Below, piece after piece: positions 8,384 to 19,162 of a stretch of DNA of 58,976 nt (positions within the stretch are counted from its first letter, which is position 1; each line of letters starts with the position of its first letter). Origin of the DNA: Candidatus Bipolaricaulota bacterium (lineage in GTDB: Bacteria > Bipolaricaulota > Bipolaricaulia > Bipolaricaulales > Bipolaricaulaceae); NCBI GenBank assembly GCA_938084765.1, contig CALKFO010000065.1, positions 1 to 58,976 of the forward strand, read 5' to 3'. The position numbers were made by a program, and so were the translations under genes. The notes under the pieces are model-generated. The model searched no databases. It was not told the origin of the DNA and saw only the letters and a program-made list of their open reading frames with translations.

Positions 8384-8740
8384 CTAACTGTGGGGGGTGG
8401 GGGTGACGTTCTTCACCTCTTCCACCTGGATGCCCGCGGCCCGCAGGGTCTGGATCACCGGCTGCCGCCCCGGCCCGGAACCGTTCACCGTCACGATCAC
8501 CGAGCGGATTCCCATCTCCTTCATCTGACGAATCAGCGCCTGGCAAGCCAGCTGAGCTGCGTAGGGCGTGCCCTTGCGGGAGCCCGAGAAGCCCGCCGTG
8601 CCCCCGGATTGCCAGGCCAGGGTGTTGCCCTCGAGGTCCGTGAGGGTGAGGATGGTGTTGTTGAAGGTGGAGTGGATGTGGACGCGGGCGCGCTCCAAGC
8701 GAATGTTTTTCTTTTTGCGCGTCTGGGTCTGGGGGCTCAT
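8384..8740 (-). CDS. rpsK: 30S ribosomal protein S11 (short C-terminus)
   Basis: ...[19 protein letters not shown]...[14 protein letters not shown]...[11 protein letters not shown]...VTPTPHS then TAG. Confidence 0.93.
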   Translation of the reverse strand: MSPQTQTRKKKNIRLERARVHIHSTFNNTILTLTDLEGNTLAWQSGGTAGFSGSRKGTPYAAQLACQALIRQMKEMGIRSVIVTVNGSGPGRQPVIQTLRAAGIQVEEVKNVTPTPHS

Positions 8741-8743
8741 CCC

Positions 8744-9133
8744 TCACTCCTTGGCCTTTTCCTTCTTGCGGCTGCGCCGGCCGGCCTTGTCGGGCCGTGG
8801 CCCTTTCCAGGTGCGGGCGTTGGTACGGGTGCGCTGGCCCCGCACGGGAAGCCCCACCTTGTGACGAAGGCCGCGGTAACAGCCGATGTCGATGAGCCGC
8901 TGGATGTTCGCCCGGATCTGGCGCCGCAAATCGCCCTCCACCGGATAGGACTCCACCTCCTGCCGGAGGGCCGCCACCTGCTCCTCGGTGAGGTCCATGA
9001 CCTTCGTCGCCGGATCGATCCCGGTCTTCTGCAGGATCTTCTTGGCTAACGACGGCCCAATCCCGTAGATGTAGGTCAGGGCTACATCGATCCTCTTTTT
9101 CGCCGGAAGGTTGACGCCTGCGATCCTCGCCAT
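8744..9133 (-). CDS. rpsM: 30S ribosomal protein S13
   Basis: [26 protein letters not shown]...[25 protein letters not shown]. Confidence 0.95.
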   Translation of the reverse strand: MARIAGVNLPAKKRIDVALTYIYGIGPSLAKKILQKTGIDPATKVMDLTEEQVAALRQEVESYPVEGDLRRQIRANIQRLIDIGCYRGLRHKVGLPVRGQRTRTNARTWKGPRPDKAGRRSRKKEKAKE

Positions 9134-9136
9134 GGC

Positions 9137-9250
9137 TCACCCCTGCCGCTGCTTATGTTTGGGGTTGCGGCAGATCACCCACAGCCGGCCCTTTCGCCGC
9201 AGGACCTGGCATTTCTCGCAGATCTTTTTCACGGAGCTGCGCACCTTCAT
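9137..9250 (-). CDS. rpmJ: 50S ribosomal protein L36 (zinc type)
   Basis: Too short for the ORF track. My translation is [37 protein letters not shown] with a TGA stop at 9137-9139. Confidence 0.9.
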   Translation of the reverse strand: MKVRSSVKKICEKCQVLRRKGRLWVICRNPKHKQRQG

Positions 9251-9259
9251 GATCCCCTC

Positions 9260-9478
9260 CTAGCTCTCCCGGTACACGATTCGGCCACGGGTGAGGTCGT
9301 AGGGGGAGAACTCGCAAATCACCTTATCCCCCACCACCACGCGGATGAAGTTCTTTCGCATCTTTCCCGAGGTCACACAGATCGCAGTGTGCCCGGTTTC
9401 CAGCCGGACGCGGTACATGCAGTCCGGCAGGACCTCGATCACCTCACCCCGTGCCCGAATCAGCTCCTTTTTGCCCAA
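9260..9478 (-). CDS. infA: translation initiation factor IF-1
   Basis: (M)GKKELIRARGEVIEVLPDCMYRVRLETGHTAICVTSGKMRKNFIRVVVGDKVICEFSPYDLTRGRIVYR. TTG start at 9478 gives the canonical 72 aa. An upstream GTG is also possible. It overlaps the map 3' end. Confidence 0.88.
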   Translation of the reverse strand: MGKKELIRARGEVIEVLPDCMYRVRLETGHTAICVTSGKMRKNFIRVVVGDKVICEFSPYDLTRGRIVYRES

Positions 9479-10239
9479 ATCTCCTCCCCGATCCACTGGG
9501 TGAGCACCCACGGCCCGGCGGGGGTCAGGGCCACCATCTCCTCGAAATGCGCGGAGAGGGCCCCGCTCCCCGTGACCGCCGTCCACCCATCCGGAAGAAT
9601 CCTCACGGGAAGATCATCCCCTTTGATCATGGGCTCGGGACAGAGCACCATGCCCTCCTGCAGGACCGGCCCAAACCCCGGAGGTCCAAAATTCGGGATC
9701 TGAGGGTCCTCGTGGAGGGCCCGGCCGATCCCGTGCCCCACGAATTCCTTCACCGGATAAAAGCCGAACCTGCGCGCCGTGGCCTCAATGGCGTGAGACA
9801 GGTCCGAGACGTGCGCGCCGATTCTAGCGGCCTCCACGGCCGCCCGCAAGGACGCCAGCGTGGCCCGCACCAGGGCCTCCGCTTCCGCCGCGATCCGCCC
9901 CACCCCCACTGTCACCGCGGCATCCGCGTAGTACCCCGCCCGCCGCAGCCCCAGATCCAAAGAGAGAAGATCACCCTCCCGCAGGACGCGCCGAAACGAG
10001 GGGATCCCGTGCACCACTTCCGCGTTGACGGAGGCGCACAGGGTGGCGGGGTATCCTTGATACCCTTTGAAAGCCGGGGCGGCCCCGGCCGCGCGAATCC
10101 AGCGCTCGGCCAGGCGATCCAGCTCGCCCGTGGTGACCCCTGGCTCCACCCGCGCCGCCAAGGCCAGGAGGATCTCCCGCAAAAGCTGGGCGTTCTCCGC
10201 CACCACTTCCAGCTCCCGCTCCGTCTTGAGGGCGATCAT
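9460..10239 (-). CDS. map: type I methionine aminopeptidase
   Basis: ...VVHGIPS...GDLLSLDLG...YYADAA.T..VG...FVGHGIG..LHE.P.I.N...EGMVL..EP...HFEEMVALT. Confidence 0.92.
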   Translation of the reverse strand: MIALKTERELEVVAENAQLLREILLALAARVEPGVTTGELDRLAERWIRAAGAAPAFKGYQGYPATLCASVNAEVVHGIPSFRRVLREGDLLSLDLGLRRAGYYADAAVTVGVGRIAAEAEALVRATLASLRAAVEAARIGAHVSDLSHAIEATARRFGFYPVKEFVGHGIGRALHEDPQIPNFGPPGFGPVLQEGMVLCPEPMIKGDDLPVRILPDGWTAVTGSGALSAHFEEMVALTPAGPWVLTQWIGEEIWAKRS

Positions 10240-10856
10240 CGTAGGACCTCCGCCACGGCGCGGAAAACCTCCTCTGGAGCGCGGTCCGCCCGCACCCGCC
10301 GCAGAAGTCCACGCCCCTCATAGTAGGCCACCAAGGGGGCAGAATCCCGCATGTACACCTCGAACCGACGGGCCACCACCTCGGGTTTGTCGTCCTCCCG
10401 CTGGAGGAGGGCCCCGCCGCAGCGGTCGCATTTTCCGGGCTCTTTGGGGGGCTGGGTCACGAGATTATAGACTGCACCACACTTTTCGCAGATACGCCGG
10501 CTGGAGAGGCGCCGCACCACCTCCTCCCGGTCCACCTCCAGGAACACCACCACGTCCACGGTGGTGAAGCGCTCCAAACCCTCGGCCTGAGCCACCGTGC
10601 GGGGGAAACCGTCGAACAACACCCCTTTTTGGGCGTCCACCCGCTGCTGGACGAGGGAAAGGATGACCTCGTCGGGGACGAGCTCGCCGCGGGCCATGTA
10701 GCCCCGGGCCAGTTCGCCCAGCGGGGTGCCCTTGGCCACCTCCTCCCGCAGCATATCGCCGGTGGACACGTGGAGGAACCCGAAGGCCTGCACGAGGCGG
10801 CTGGCCACGGTGCCCTTTCCCGCGCCCGGCGGCCCAAGAAGCACCACGTTCTTCAT
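10236..10856 (-). CDS. adk: adenylate kinase with zinc-binding lid
   Basis: LLGPPGAGKGT P-loop. Lid shows RRICEKCGAVY...CDRCGGALLQREDD. Confidence 0.93.
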   Translation of the reverse strand: MKNVVLLGPPGAGKGTVASRLVQAFGFLHVSTGDMLREEVAKGTPLGELARGYMARGELVPDEVILSLVQQRVDAQKGVLFDGFPRTVAQAEGLERFTTVDVVVFLEVDREEVVRRLSSRRICEKCGAVYNLVTQPPKEPGKCDRCGGALLQREDDKPEVVARRFEVYMRDSAPLVAYYEGRGLLRRVRADRAPEEVFRAVAEVLR

Positions 10857-12142
10857 CCCCGCCTCCCCAAGAAACGCGCCCCCTTGATGAGGGATTCGTA
10901 CTGGCGCATCACAAGATGCGCCTCCATCTGCATGATCGTGTCAATGCCCACACCCACAAGGATGAGAAGGGAGGTACCGCCGAGCCAGAACCCGCGGATC
11001 CCGGAGGCTGCGCGGAAGATGTAGGGCAAAATGGCGATCCCCGCGAGGAAGAGGGCGCCCACCAGGTTCAGACGGCCCATGATCTCCTGGAGATACTGGG
11101 CGGTGGACGCGCCCGGCCGCACCCCCGGCACGAACCCCCCAGCTTCCCGCAGATTCTTGGCGATCTCCTGAGGGTCGAACACGAGCGAGGAGTAGAAGTA
11201 GGTGAAGAAGATGGTGAGGACCACGTAGGCCAGAAGATACGCGAGGCTCCCCGGCTCCACGTAGGTTTGGAGCCAACGTAGCTGAGGCACCCAGGCCGCG
11301 ATGGAGCTGGGGAGGCTGAGGATGGCGGAGGCGAAGATGATGGGAATGACGCCGCCCAGGTTCACCCGCAGGGGCAGGTACGTGGAATGCCCGCCGTACA
11401 CGCGCCTTCCTGTGGTGCGCTTGGCATACTGCACGAGGATCTTGCGTTGGCCCTGCTGCATGATCACGGTGAGGGCCACCACAGCCACGAACACCACCAC
11501 CAGCCCCACCGCCCAAAGCGGGTGCACCGTGCCGGTGGAGATCTCGATGTAGGTGGCCTGGATCTCCGCAGGGAGGCGAGCGACGATCCCCGCCATGATC
11601 AGCATGGAAATCCCGTTGCCGATGCCGTTTTCGGTGATGCGCTCGCCGATCCACATGAGGAAGATGCTCCCCGTGGTGAGGGCGATGATGGAGGTGATGA
11701 AAAACTGGAACGTGGGATCGGCAAGCCCATAGGAGATGGCCATGTAGCTCATGGCGTAGGACTGGAGGAGGGCCATGAACACCGTGCCCCAACGCGTGTA
11801 CTGGGTGAGCTTCTTTCGCCCCTCCCGTCCCTCCTCCTGCAACTTCTTCAGGGCCGGCACCACGGGGATGAGGAGGGAGAGGATGATGGACACGTTGATG
11901 TAGGGGATGACGCCCAAGGCGAAGAGGGAGAAGTTTTGCAGGGCGCCGCCGGTGAAGAGGTTCAAAAACTGCAGAAGCCCGGTGCCAAAGGCCTGGGCCA
12001 GGATCTGACCCAAGGCCTCCGTCTTGATCCCGGGCACGGGGATGTGCACCCCGATCCGGTAGACCAAAAGCATCCCCAGCGTGTAGAGGATGCGCTTGCG
12101 CAGCTCCTCCACCACGAAGACCTGTTGCAGGCGGCTAAGCAC
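10853..12142 (-). CDS. secY: preprotein translocase subunit SecY
   Basis: 429 aa polytopic protein with ...[21 protein letters not shown]...[20 protein letters not shown]... Confidence 0.95.
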   Translation of the reverse strand: MLSRLQQVFVVEELRKRILYTLGMLLVYRIGVHIPVPGIKTEALGQILAQAFGTGLLQFLNLFTGGALQNFSLFALGVIPYINVSIILSLLIPVVPALKKLQEEGREGRKKLTQYTRWGTVFMALLQSYAMSYMAISYGLADPTFQFFITSIIALTTGSIFLMWIGERITENGIGNGISMLIMAGIVARLPAEIQATYIEISTGTVHPLWAVGLVVVFVAVVALTVIMQQGQRKILVQYAKRTTGRRVYGGHSTYLPLRVNLGGVIPIIFASAILSLPSSIAAWVPQLRWLQTYVEPGSLAYLLAYVVLTIFFTYFYSSLVFDPQEIAKNLREAGGFVPGVRPGASTAQYLQEIMGRLNLVGALFLAGIAILPYIFRAASGIRGFWLGGTSLLILVGVGIDTIMQMEAHLVMRQYESLIKGARFLGRRG

Positions 12143-12596
12143 TGGGGACCTCCTCCGCCCGGCCGCCGGCAGCCTCGATCTTGGCCTTGGCCGCGCGGCT
12201 GAACTTGTGGGCCCGCACCACCAGGGGTTTGGTGAGCTCGCCCTCGCCCAGGATCTTGAGCCCGTCCTTGGGGTCCTTCACCAGCCCCTTGGCCATGAGC
12301 TTGTCCAAGGTGACCTCCTCGCCCGGGGCGAAGTGTTTCTCCAACGCACCGATATTCACGATCGCGTACTCCTTGGCCAAGGGGTTGTGGAAGCCCCGCT
12401 TGGGGAAACGCATCCACAGCGGGGTCTGCCCGCCCTCAAACCCCGGGCGCATCCGGACGCCGGAGCGGGCGCCCTGCCCCTTCGTCCCTCGGCCGGACTC
12501 GTGCCCGCCGTGCCCGGAGCTGTAGCCCCGTCCCACCCGCTTGGGCCGAGGCTTGGCCCCCGGGTTGGGCCGCAGATCATCCAGATCCAGCACCAT
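12135..12596 (-). CDS. rplO: 50S ribosomal protein L15
   Basis: ATG 12596 after [49 protein letters not shown]. Confidence 0.93.
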   Translation of the reverse strand: MVLDLDDLRPNPGAKPRPKRVGRGYSSGHGGHESGRGTKGQGARSGVRMRPGFEGGQTPLWMRFPKRGFHNPLAKEYAIVNIGALEKHFAPGEEVTLDKLMAKGLVKDPKDGLKILGEGELTKPLVVRAHKFSRAAKAKIEAAGGRAEEVPSA

Positions 12597-13095
12597 GTTC
12601 ACCCTCCACAATCTCGTTCACGGACTTGCCCCGGCGCTTGGCCACGGCTTCCGGGCTCTCCAGCTGGGAAAGGGCCACCAGGGTGGCCCGGGCCAGGTTC
12701 AAGGGGTTGGTGGAGCGCAAGGCCTTGGTGAGCACGTCCTTGATCCCGGCCATGCGGCACACCGCGCCCACGGTGCGTCCGGCGATGATCCCCGTGCCCG
12801 GATAGGCCGGACGCAAAAGCACCTTGGCCGCGCCGTGCTCGCCCATCACCTCATGGGGGATGGTCCCGTTCACGATGGGCACCTCGATCATGTGCTTCAA
12901 GGCATCCCGGATGGCCTGCTGCACGGCCTGGGGGATCTCGATGGACTTGCCCATGCCCACGCCCACCTTGCCCGCGCCGTTGCCCACCACCACGACCACC
13001 CGGAACCGCATGCGTTTGCCGCCCTTGGTGACGCGGCCCACGCGGCGAATTTCGATGACCTCGTTCTGCAGCTGTTCAGGAACCTGGGCGATCAA
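12577..13095 (-). CDS. rpsE: 30S ribosomal protein S5
   Basis: ...[37 protein letters not shown]...GTGIIAG... Confidence 0.95.
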   Translation of the reverse strand: MIAQVPEQLQNEVIEIRRVGRVTKGGKRMRFRVVVVVGNGAGKVGVGMGKSIEIPQAVQQAIRDALKHMIEVPIVNGTIPHEVMGEHGAAKVLLRPAYPGTGIIAGRTVGAVCRMAGIKDVLTKALRSTNPLNLARATLVALSQLESPEAVAKRRGKSVNEIVEGEHGAGSG

Positions 13096-13469
13096 AACTC
13101 CAGCCCTCCCTCCCGGGCCGCCTCCGCCAGGGCCCGGACCTTCCCATGGTACGGGTAACCCCCTCGATCGAACACCGCGGTCCTGATGCCCTTCTCCAGG
13201 GCGCGCCGGGCCAACAGCTGCCCCACCAGCCGCGCCGCCTCCACGTTGTCGGACTTGATCTTGTCCCGGATCTCAGGGTCCAAGGTGGAGGCGGCCACGA
13301 GCGTGCGGCTCCCCTCCCGCGGAGTGTCGTCGATGAGCTGAGCATAGATGTGCCGCAGGCTCTTGTACACGCAGAGCCTGGGGCGCTCGGGTGTGCCCAT
13401 GATCTTGCGCCGAATGCGCATGTGCCGCTTGATCCGTCGTGCGTTACGCGAAAGCCTCGCCATAGCCAT
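13092..13469 (-). CDS. rplR: 50S ribosomal protein L18
   Basis: ...[34 protein letters not shown]...[26 protein letters not shown]. The ATG at 13469 overlaps the rplF stop (ATGA). Confidence 0.93.
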   Translation of the reverse strand: MAMARLSRNARRIKRHMRIRRKIMGTPERPRLCVYKSLRHIYAQLIDDTPREGSRTLVAASTLDPEIRDKIKSDNVEAARLVGQLLARRALEKGIRTAVFDRGGYPYHGKVRALAEAAREGGLEF

Positions 13470-14014
13470 CACGCCTTCGCTCCGAGTTTCCCGACCTTCT
13501 TCACGATCTCCTCGCCCTTGTAGCGGATGCCCGTGCCGCGGTAGGGCTCAGGCGGCTTGATCTTCCGGATGTTGGCGGCCACCTGCCCCACCCAGTATTT
13601 GTCGATGCCGCGGACGATGATGCGCGTGGGCTCAGGCACCTCCACCTCCACCCCTGCAGGGATGGGGAAGCGCACGGGATGGGAAAACCCCAACTCCAGG
13701 ACGAGGGTTTTCCCCTCCAACTTGGCGCGGTAGCCGAGGCCGTGGATCTCCAGCTCCTTTTCCCACTTTTTCGTGACGCCCTGGACCATGTTGGCGATGA
13801 GGGCTCGGTAGAGGCCATGTCGGGCGCGGAACGGCGCCCGGTCCCCTTTGCGCTCCACGCGCACAGCCCCGTCCTCCACCCGGATCGTCACGTACCTCGG
13901 ATCGTAGGCACAGCGCAAGGTGCCCAAGGGCCCCTGCACCACCACCTCCTGGGGCAGGACCTCCACCTTGACCCCTGGCGGCAACGGTATCGGCCTTTTG
14001 CCGATCTTGGACAT
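13469..14014 (-). CDS. rplF: 50S ribosomal protein L6
   Basis: [19 protein letters not shown]....V.V.GP.G...GLGYRA...[14 protein letters not shown]. Confidence 0.95.
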   Translation of the reverse strand: MSKIGKRPIPLPPGVKVEVLPQEVVVQGPLGTLRCAYDPRYVTIRVEDGAVRVERKGDRAPFRARHGLYRALIANMVQGVTKKWEKELEIHGLGYRAKLEGKTLVLELGFSHPVRFPIPAGVEVEVPEPTRIIVRGIDKYWVGQVAANIRKIKPPEPYRGTGIRYKGEEIVKKVGKLGAKA

Positions 14015-14023
14015 GATCCCACC

Positions 14024-14434
<411 letters not shown>

Positions 14435-14444
14435 CCTGCCCTCC

Positions 14445-14630
14445 TCACCATGCGGCCTTCTTCACCCCGGGGATCTGACCATCCAGGGCCAATTTGCGGA
14501 AGCACATGCGGCAGAGGCCAAAATCCCGGATGTAGCCGCGGGGCCGGCCGCACAGGCTGCACCGATTGCGCTGCCGCACCCGGAACTTCGGCGGCTGCTT
14601 CATCTTCTCGATCTTGCACTTGCGCGCCAT
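14445..14630 (-). CDS. rpsN: 30S ribosomal protein S14, type Z (zinc)
   Basis: ATG 14630 after [70 protein letters not shown] (61 aa, CxxC...CxxC). Confidence 0.93.
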   Translation of the reverse strand: MARKCKIEKMKQPPKFRVRQRNRCSLCGRPRGYIRDFGLCRMCFRKLALDGQIPGVKKAAW

Positions 14631-14638
14631 CTTCCCCC

Positions 14639-15175
14639 CTAATTCTCTCGGAACGGGCAACCCAGGGCCCGCAGGAGGTGATAGGCCTCCCGGTCGGTTC
14701 GGGCCGTGGTCACGATGACCACGTCCATGCCTTGCGGCCGCACCACGTCGTCATAGCTCACCTCGGGGAAGGCCATCTGGTCCGGGATCCCCAGGGAGAG
14801 GTTCCCGCGGCCGTCAAAGGCGTCCGGATCTACGCCCTTGAAGTCGCGAATCCCCGGGAGGACCACGCGAAAAAGCTTGTTCAGGAATTCGTAGGCCCGC
14901 ACGCCCCGCAGGGTGACCATGCACCCGATGGGGTCGCCCTTCTTGATCTTGAAGTCGGAGATGGCCTTCTTGGCCCGGGTCACCACCGGCTTCTGCCCGG
15001 TGATCTGGGCGAGGTTCTTCACGGCCCCCTCCAACACCTTGGGGTCATCGTGCTTGCCCACGCCCATGTTGATCACGACCTTCTCGATCTTGGGCACCTG
15101 CATCACGTTCGTGTAGCCCAGCTCCTGCATGAGCTTGGGCACGATCTCCTTTTTGTAGCGTTCGTAGAGAAGCAT
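14639..15175 (-). CDS. rplE: 50S ribosomal protein L5
   Basis: Internal ATG 15175. [40 protein letters not shown]... Confidence 0.95.
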   Translation of the reverse strand: MLLYERYKKEIVPKLMQELGYTNVMQVPKIEKVVINMGVGKHDDPKVLEGAVKNLAQITGQKPVVTRAKKAISDFKIKKGDPIGCMVTLRGVRAYEFLNKLFRVVLPGIRDFKGVDPDAFDGRGNLSLGIPDQMAFPEVSYDDVVRPQGMDVVIVTTARTDREAYHLLRALGCPFREN

Positions 15176-15179
15176 AGCC

Positions 15180-15491
15180 TCAATCGAACGTGGCTCCGCA
15201 CTGCTTGCAGCGGCGGAGCTTCCTTCCCTCAACCCACGCGAACCCGATGCGCGTGGGGACCCCGCACTCCGGGCAGATGACCTTCACGTTGGAGATGTGG
15301 ATGGGCGCTTCTTTTTTGATGATGCCAGGTTCGCGCACGGTGGCCGTGGGGCGCTGATGCTTGGTGACGATGTTCACGCCCTCCACGACCACCCGGTTCT
15401 CGTCGGGGAGGACGCGGAGGACCTTGCCGATCTTGCCCCGGTCGTCCCCAGCGATCACCTTGACCCGGTCGCCCTTCTTGACCTTGGCCAT
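15180..15491 (-). CDS. rplX: 50S ribosomal protein L24 with C-terminal zinc ribbon
   Basis: [27 protein letters not shown]...[24 protein letters not shown]...[11 protein letters not shown]. Confidence 0.93.
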   Translation of the reverse strand: MAKVKKGDRVKVIAGDDRGKIGKVLRVLPDENRVVVEGVNIVTKHQRPTATVREPGIIKKEAPIHISNVKVICPECGVPTRIGFAWVEGRKLRRCKQCGATFD

Positions 15492-15499
15492 CCTTCCTC

Positions 15500-15865
15500 C
15501 TAGACCACCTCCGGGGCCAGGGAGATGATGCGCATCATCCCCTTTTCCCGGAGCTCCCGGGCCACCGGCCCGAACACCCTGGTCCCGATGGGCTGAAGGT
15601 TCTTGTCCACGAGGACCACCGCGTTGTCATCGAAGCGGATGGTGCTGCCGTCCGCGCGGCGGTAGGCCTGGCGGGTCCGCACCACCACGCCCCGCACGAT
15701 GTCCCCTTTGTCGAACTCCGAGGTGGGCAGCCGCTTTTTCACCGAGGCCACGATGATATCGCCGATCTCCGCCTTGCGCTTCTTCCCCAGCACGTTGATG
15801 CACTCCACCTCTTTGACCCCGGTGTTATCGGCCACCACCAGTCGGGTACGCAGCTGCACGGCCAT
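15500..15865 (-). CDS. rplN: 50S ribosomal protein L14
   Basis: ...[20 protein letters not shown]...GDIIVASVK...[11 protein letters not shown]...[28 protein letters not shown]. Confidence 0.95.
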   Translation of the reverse strand: MAVQLRTRLVVADNTGVKEVECINVLGKKRKAEIGDIIVASVKKRLPTSEFDKGDIVRGVVVRTRQAYRRADGSTIRFDDNAVVLVDKNLQPIGTRVFGPVARELREKGMMRIISLAPEVV

Positions 15866-15867
15866 GG

Positions 15868-16116
15868 CTATTGGGCGCGGCGAACGATTTCCACCAGCCG
15901 CCAGCGCTTGAGTTTGGAAAGCGGCCGGGTCTCCTCGATCCGCACCAAGTCCCCAACCCGCGCCTGTTGGTGCTCGTCGTGCACGTAATACTTGGTGCGG
16001 CGCCGAACGTGCTTGTGGTAAAGAGGATGCTCCACAAGCCGCTCCTCCATCACCACGATGGTCTTCTGCATCTTGTCGCTCACCACAACCCCGACGCGTT
16101 GCTTGCGCCTACCCAT
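15868..16116 (-). CDS. rpsQ: 30S ribosomal protein S17
   Basis: ...[34 protein letters not shown]....[20 protein letters not shown]. Confidence 0.95.
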   Translation of the reverse strand: MGRRKQRVGVVVSDKMQKTIVVMEERLVEHPLYHKHVRRRTKYYVHDEHQQARVGDLVRIEETRPLSKLKRWRLVEIVRRAQ

Positions 16117-16306
16117 AGCGCACCCCCCTCTCCCGCAGCACGGTGAGGGCCCGGGCGATGTCCTTCTTCGTCTTCTTGATCTCCGCGGTGTTGGTGAGCT
16201 GCCCTGAGGCCAACTGGAACCGCAGGTTCAGGAGCTTGCGCTTCCACTCCTGAACCCTTTGCATGAGCTCATCGTTGGAGAGCTCGCGCAGATCCCGGGC
16301 CTTCAT
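16109..16306 (-). CDS. rpmC: 50S ribosomal protein L29
   Basis: [59 protein letters not shown]. Confidence 0.93.
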   Translation of the reverse strand: MKARDLRELSNDELMQRVQEWKRKLLNLRFQLASGQLTNTAEIKKTKKDIARALTVLRERGVRYG

Positions 16307-16734
16307 GGCGCACCCCCCAGTTGGATCCGCCGGGCGAGCTTGGTGGGGATGGGAAGTTTAGCCGAAACCTTGCGATGGATCTCCTTGGCCTCCTCTTCGT
16401 CCACGCCGGAGAACTCGAACAGGATGCGGCCAGGCTTCACCACCGCCACCCAGCCCACCACATCGCCCTTCCCCTTGCCCATGCGGGACTCCGCGGGCTT
16501 GCGGGTGTAGGGCTTGTCCGGAAAGATCCGCACCCACACCTTGCCCTTGGGGATGGAGCGCGCGAGCACGGTGCGGGCGGCCTCGATCTGTTGGGCCGTG
16601 ATCCAGGAGGGCGCCAGGGCCTGGACGCCGTAGTCCCCGAAGGCCACGGTGTTGCCCCGGGTGGCCTTGCCCTTGATGTGCCGGCCCTTTTGTTGTTTGC
16701 GGTATTTCGTGCGTTTGGGCGCCAAAAGGGACAT
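16303..16734 (-). CDS. rplP: 50S ribosomal protein L16
   Basis: [33 protein letters not shown]...WIT..QIEAAR...R......[24 protein letters not shown]. Confidence 0.95.
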   Translation of the reverse strand: MSLLAPKRTKYRKQQKGRHIKGKATRGNTVAFGDYGVQALAPSWITAQQIEAARTVLARSIPKGKVWVRIFPDKPYTRKPAESRMGKGKGDVVGWVAVVKPGRILFEFSGVDEEEAKEIHRKVSAKLPIPTKLARRIQLGGAP

Positions 16735-16735
16735 G

Positions 16736-17395
16736 TCAGCTCACCTCCGCCCGCTTCTCCTTCAGGGTCCAGATCTCCCCTCGGAACACCCAGGCCTTGA
16801 CCCCAATCACCCCGTACTTGGTCCAGGCGATGGTGCAGGCGTAATCCACGTCCGCGCGGAGGGTCTGCAGGGGGACCCGCCCGTCCTTGATCTCCACGGA
16901 GTGCGCAAGCTCCGCCCCTCCCAGGCGCCCGGAGACCCGGATCTTCACGCCCTGGGCGCCGGCGGCCATCACCCGCCGCACCGCCTCCTTCATGGCTCGG
17001 TAGGGGTTCACCCGGTTCTCGATCTGGAAGGCCACGTCTTGGGCGACGATGGCGGCCTCCAGCTCGGGTTTGTCCACCTCCATCACGTGGACCACGATCT
17101 CCCGGCCCGTCATCTTGGAGAGGCGCTCCTGCAGGGCCGTGATCTCCGCGCCGCCCCGGCCGATGATGATCCCCGGCCGCACGGCCCGGATGATGACCTT
17201 GGCCCGCGCGTCCGTGGCCCGCTCGATGAGGACCTCGGCGATCCCTGCCCCCCGGTACGTCCTCTCGATGTGGTCCCGGATGCGCCGGTCCTCCGCCACA
17301 TAGAGGGGCACCTTCCCTTTGGGGGCAAACCAGGTGGAGCGCCACTTGCGGAGGATCCCCAGGCGAAAGCCCACCGGATGCGTCTTTTGGCCCAT
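16736..17395 (-). CDS. rpsC: 30S ribosomal protein S3
   Basis: Internal ATG 17395 forms an ATGA overlap with the rplV stop. [24 protein letters not shown]... Confidence 0.95.
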   Translation of the reverse strand: MGQKTHPVGFRLGILRKWRSTWFAPKGKVPLYVAEDRRIRDHIERTYRGAGIAEVLIERATDARAKVIIRAVRPGIIIGRGGAEITALQERLSKMTGREIVVHVMEVDKPELEAAIVAQDVAFQIENRVNPYRAMKEAVRRVMAAGAQGVKIRVSGRLGGAELAHSVEIKDGRVPLQTLRADVDYACTIAWTKYGVIGVKAWVFRGEIWTLKEKRAEVS

Positions 17396-17742
17396 CAACC
17401 CTCCTTTTCCCCTACGGCGATGGTGATGTGGGAAAGCCGCCGTTGCAGGATGTCCGCCCGGCCGAAGGCCCGGGGGTTCAGGCGTTTGAGCCGTGGACCC
17501 TCGTCCACGTAGGCCCGGACCACCCACAACCTTTCCTCGTCCATGTCGAAGTTATGCACGGCGTTGGCCACCGCCGAGTCCAGCACCTTCCGGATGATGC
17601 GCGCCGCCTTTTTCGGGGAGAGGGCCAAAAGCCGGCGCGCCTCGGCCACGGGCTTGCCCCGGATCTCGTTGATCACGAGCCGGGCCTTGAGGGGCGAGAC
17701 CCGCACGAACCGCGCGCGTGCCACCGCCTCGCGCATGCCCAC
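17395..17742 (-). CDS. rplV: 50S ribosomal protein L22
   Basis: ...ARFVRVSPLKARLVINEIRGKPVAEA..LL..SPKKAA..I.KVL.SAVANA... Confidence 0.95.
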   Translation of the reverse strand: MGMREAVARARFVRVSPLKARLVINEIRGKPVAEARRLLALSPKKAARIIRKVLDSAVANAVHNFDMDEERLWVVRAYVDEGPRLKRLNPRAFGRADILQRRLSHITIAVGEKEG

Positions 17743-17746
17743 CCCC

Positions 17747-18031
17747 TCACTTCGGCGCCGGCGGGGCCTTCTTCTTCACCCCACCGTGGGCCCGGAACGT
17801 CCGCGTGGGCGCGAACTCCCCCAGCCGATGCCCAACCATGGCCTCGGTGATGCGCACCGGCACATGGGTCCGGCCGTTGTGCACGTAAATCGTGAGCCCC
17901 ACCATGTCCGGCACGATCACCGAAGCCCTCGACCAGGTCTTGATCTCGCTGATGAGCCCCCGCTTGAACTTCTCGATCTTCTCGATCAGGGTGGGATCGA
18001 CGAACGGCCCTTTCTTCTTGGACCTGGCCAT
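17747..18031 (-). CDS. rpsS: 30S ribosomal protein S19
   Basis: Internal ATG 18031 forms an ATGA overlap with the rplB stop. [21 protein letters not shown]...[46 protein letters not shown]. Confidence 0.95.
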   Translation of the reverse strand: MARSKKKGPFVDPTLIEKIEKFKRGLISEIKTWSRASVIVPDMVGLTIYVHNGRTHVPVRITEAMVGHRLGEFAPTRTFRAHGGVKKKAPPAPK

Positions 18032-18861
18032 CACTTCCTCCTCTTGCGAGGCTGGATGATCCATTTATCGCTGGGCTTCTTCTTGCGGGTGGGGACGCCG
18101 CGGGCGGGCTTGCCCCAGGGCGTCTTGGGCGGGTGCCCCTCGCCGGTGCGGCCCTCGCCGCCGCCGTGGGGGTGATCGTCCGCGCCCATGGCCGTGCCCC
18201 GCACCGTCGGCCGCCAGCCCTTGTTCCGCCGGCGCCCAGCCTTCCCGTACCTCACGTTCTTGTGGTCCACATTGGAGACCTGGCCCACCGTGGCCATGCA
18301 ATCGGGGTGGAAGGCGCGGATCTCCCCGGAGGGCAGACGCAGGATCACCCGCTCCTCCTCCTTTCCCAGCACCTGGGCCGCCGTCCCCGCCGCCCGGGCG
18401 ATCTTCCCGCCCGAACCCGGATAGAACTCCACGTTGTGCACCAGCGTCCCGTCCGGGATCTTCCGAAGGGGAAGGGCGTTCCCCGGCCGAGGCTCCGCGT
18501 TCTCCCCGGCCTCCACCACGTCCCCCACCTTGAGCTCCACCGGGGTGATGATGTACCGCTTCTCCCCGTCGGCGTAATGAAGGAGGCTGATCCAGGCGGA
18601 GCGGTTGGGGTCGTACTCGACGGACACGACCTTGGCGGGGATGCCTTGTTTGTCGCGGTAGAAATCGATCAGGCGGTATAGGCGTTTGTGGCCGCCGCCC
18701 CGGTGGCGCACGGTGATCCGCCCTTGGTTGTTGCGCCCCGCATGGGGTTTGAGCCACACCACCAGGCTCTTCTCCGGCTCATCCGTGGTGAGCTCGGAGA
18801 AGTCCGGGAGCACGGCGTGCCGCTGCCCCGGCGTGACCGGCTTCAGTTTCTTGAGTCCCAT
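18031..18861 (-). CDS. rplB: 50S ribosomal protein L2
   Basis: [15 protein letters not shown]......[24 protein letters not shown]...[19 protein letters not shown]. Confidence 0.96.
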   Translation of the reverse strand: MGLKKLKPVTPGQRHAVLPDFSELTTDEPEKSLVVWLKPHAGRNNQGRITVRHRGGGHKRLYRLIDFYRDKQGIPAKVVSVEYDPNRSAWISLLHYADGEKRYIITPVELKVGDVVEAGENAEPRPGNALPLRKIPDGTLVHNVEFYPGSGGKIARAAGTAAQVLGKEEERVILRLPSGEIRAFHPDCMATVGQVSNVDHKNVRYGKAGRRRNKGWRPTVRGTAMGADDHPHGGGEGRTGEGHPPKTPWGKPARGVPTRKKKPSDKWIIQPRKRRK

Positions 18862-18868
18862 GCGCGCA

Positions 18869-19162
18869 TCACCCCACGATCTCGATCTTGTGCCCCGGCG
18901 CGAGCTTCACGATCGCGCGCTTCTCGCTTTTGGTGCGACCATGGCGCCGGTCCAGCCGCGTCCGCCGCGGCTTCCCCCTCCGGTACATCGTCCACACCTT
19001 CTCCACCTTCACCTTGAACAGCTCCTCCACCGCCTGCCGGATCTCCGGCTTCGTCGCATCCGGGTGCACCTCGAACGTGTACTTCCCCTGCTCCATCTCC
19101 CGCCAGCTCTTCTCCGAGAGGATGGGGCGCAGGATGATGTCCTCAGGCGCCAACCGGGGCAT
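18869..19162 (-). CDS. rplW: 50S ribosomal protein L23
   Basis: ...[11 protein letters not shown].......[31 protein letters not shown]....GK. Confidence 0.93.
   Translation of the reverse strand: MPRLAPEDIILRPILSEKSWREMEQGKYTFEVHPDATKPEIRQAVEELFKVKVEKVWTMYRRGKPRRTRLDRRHGRTKSEKRAIVKLAPGHKIEIVG

Noticed and set aside
7752-9140. 462-aa ORF spanning rpsD, rpsK and rpsM
   Set aside because: Only its last 207 codons (from ATG 8375) are S4. The upstream part is an open alternative frame over S11/S13, with Arg/Pro/Gly-rich nonsense typical of high-G+C DNA.
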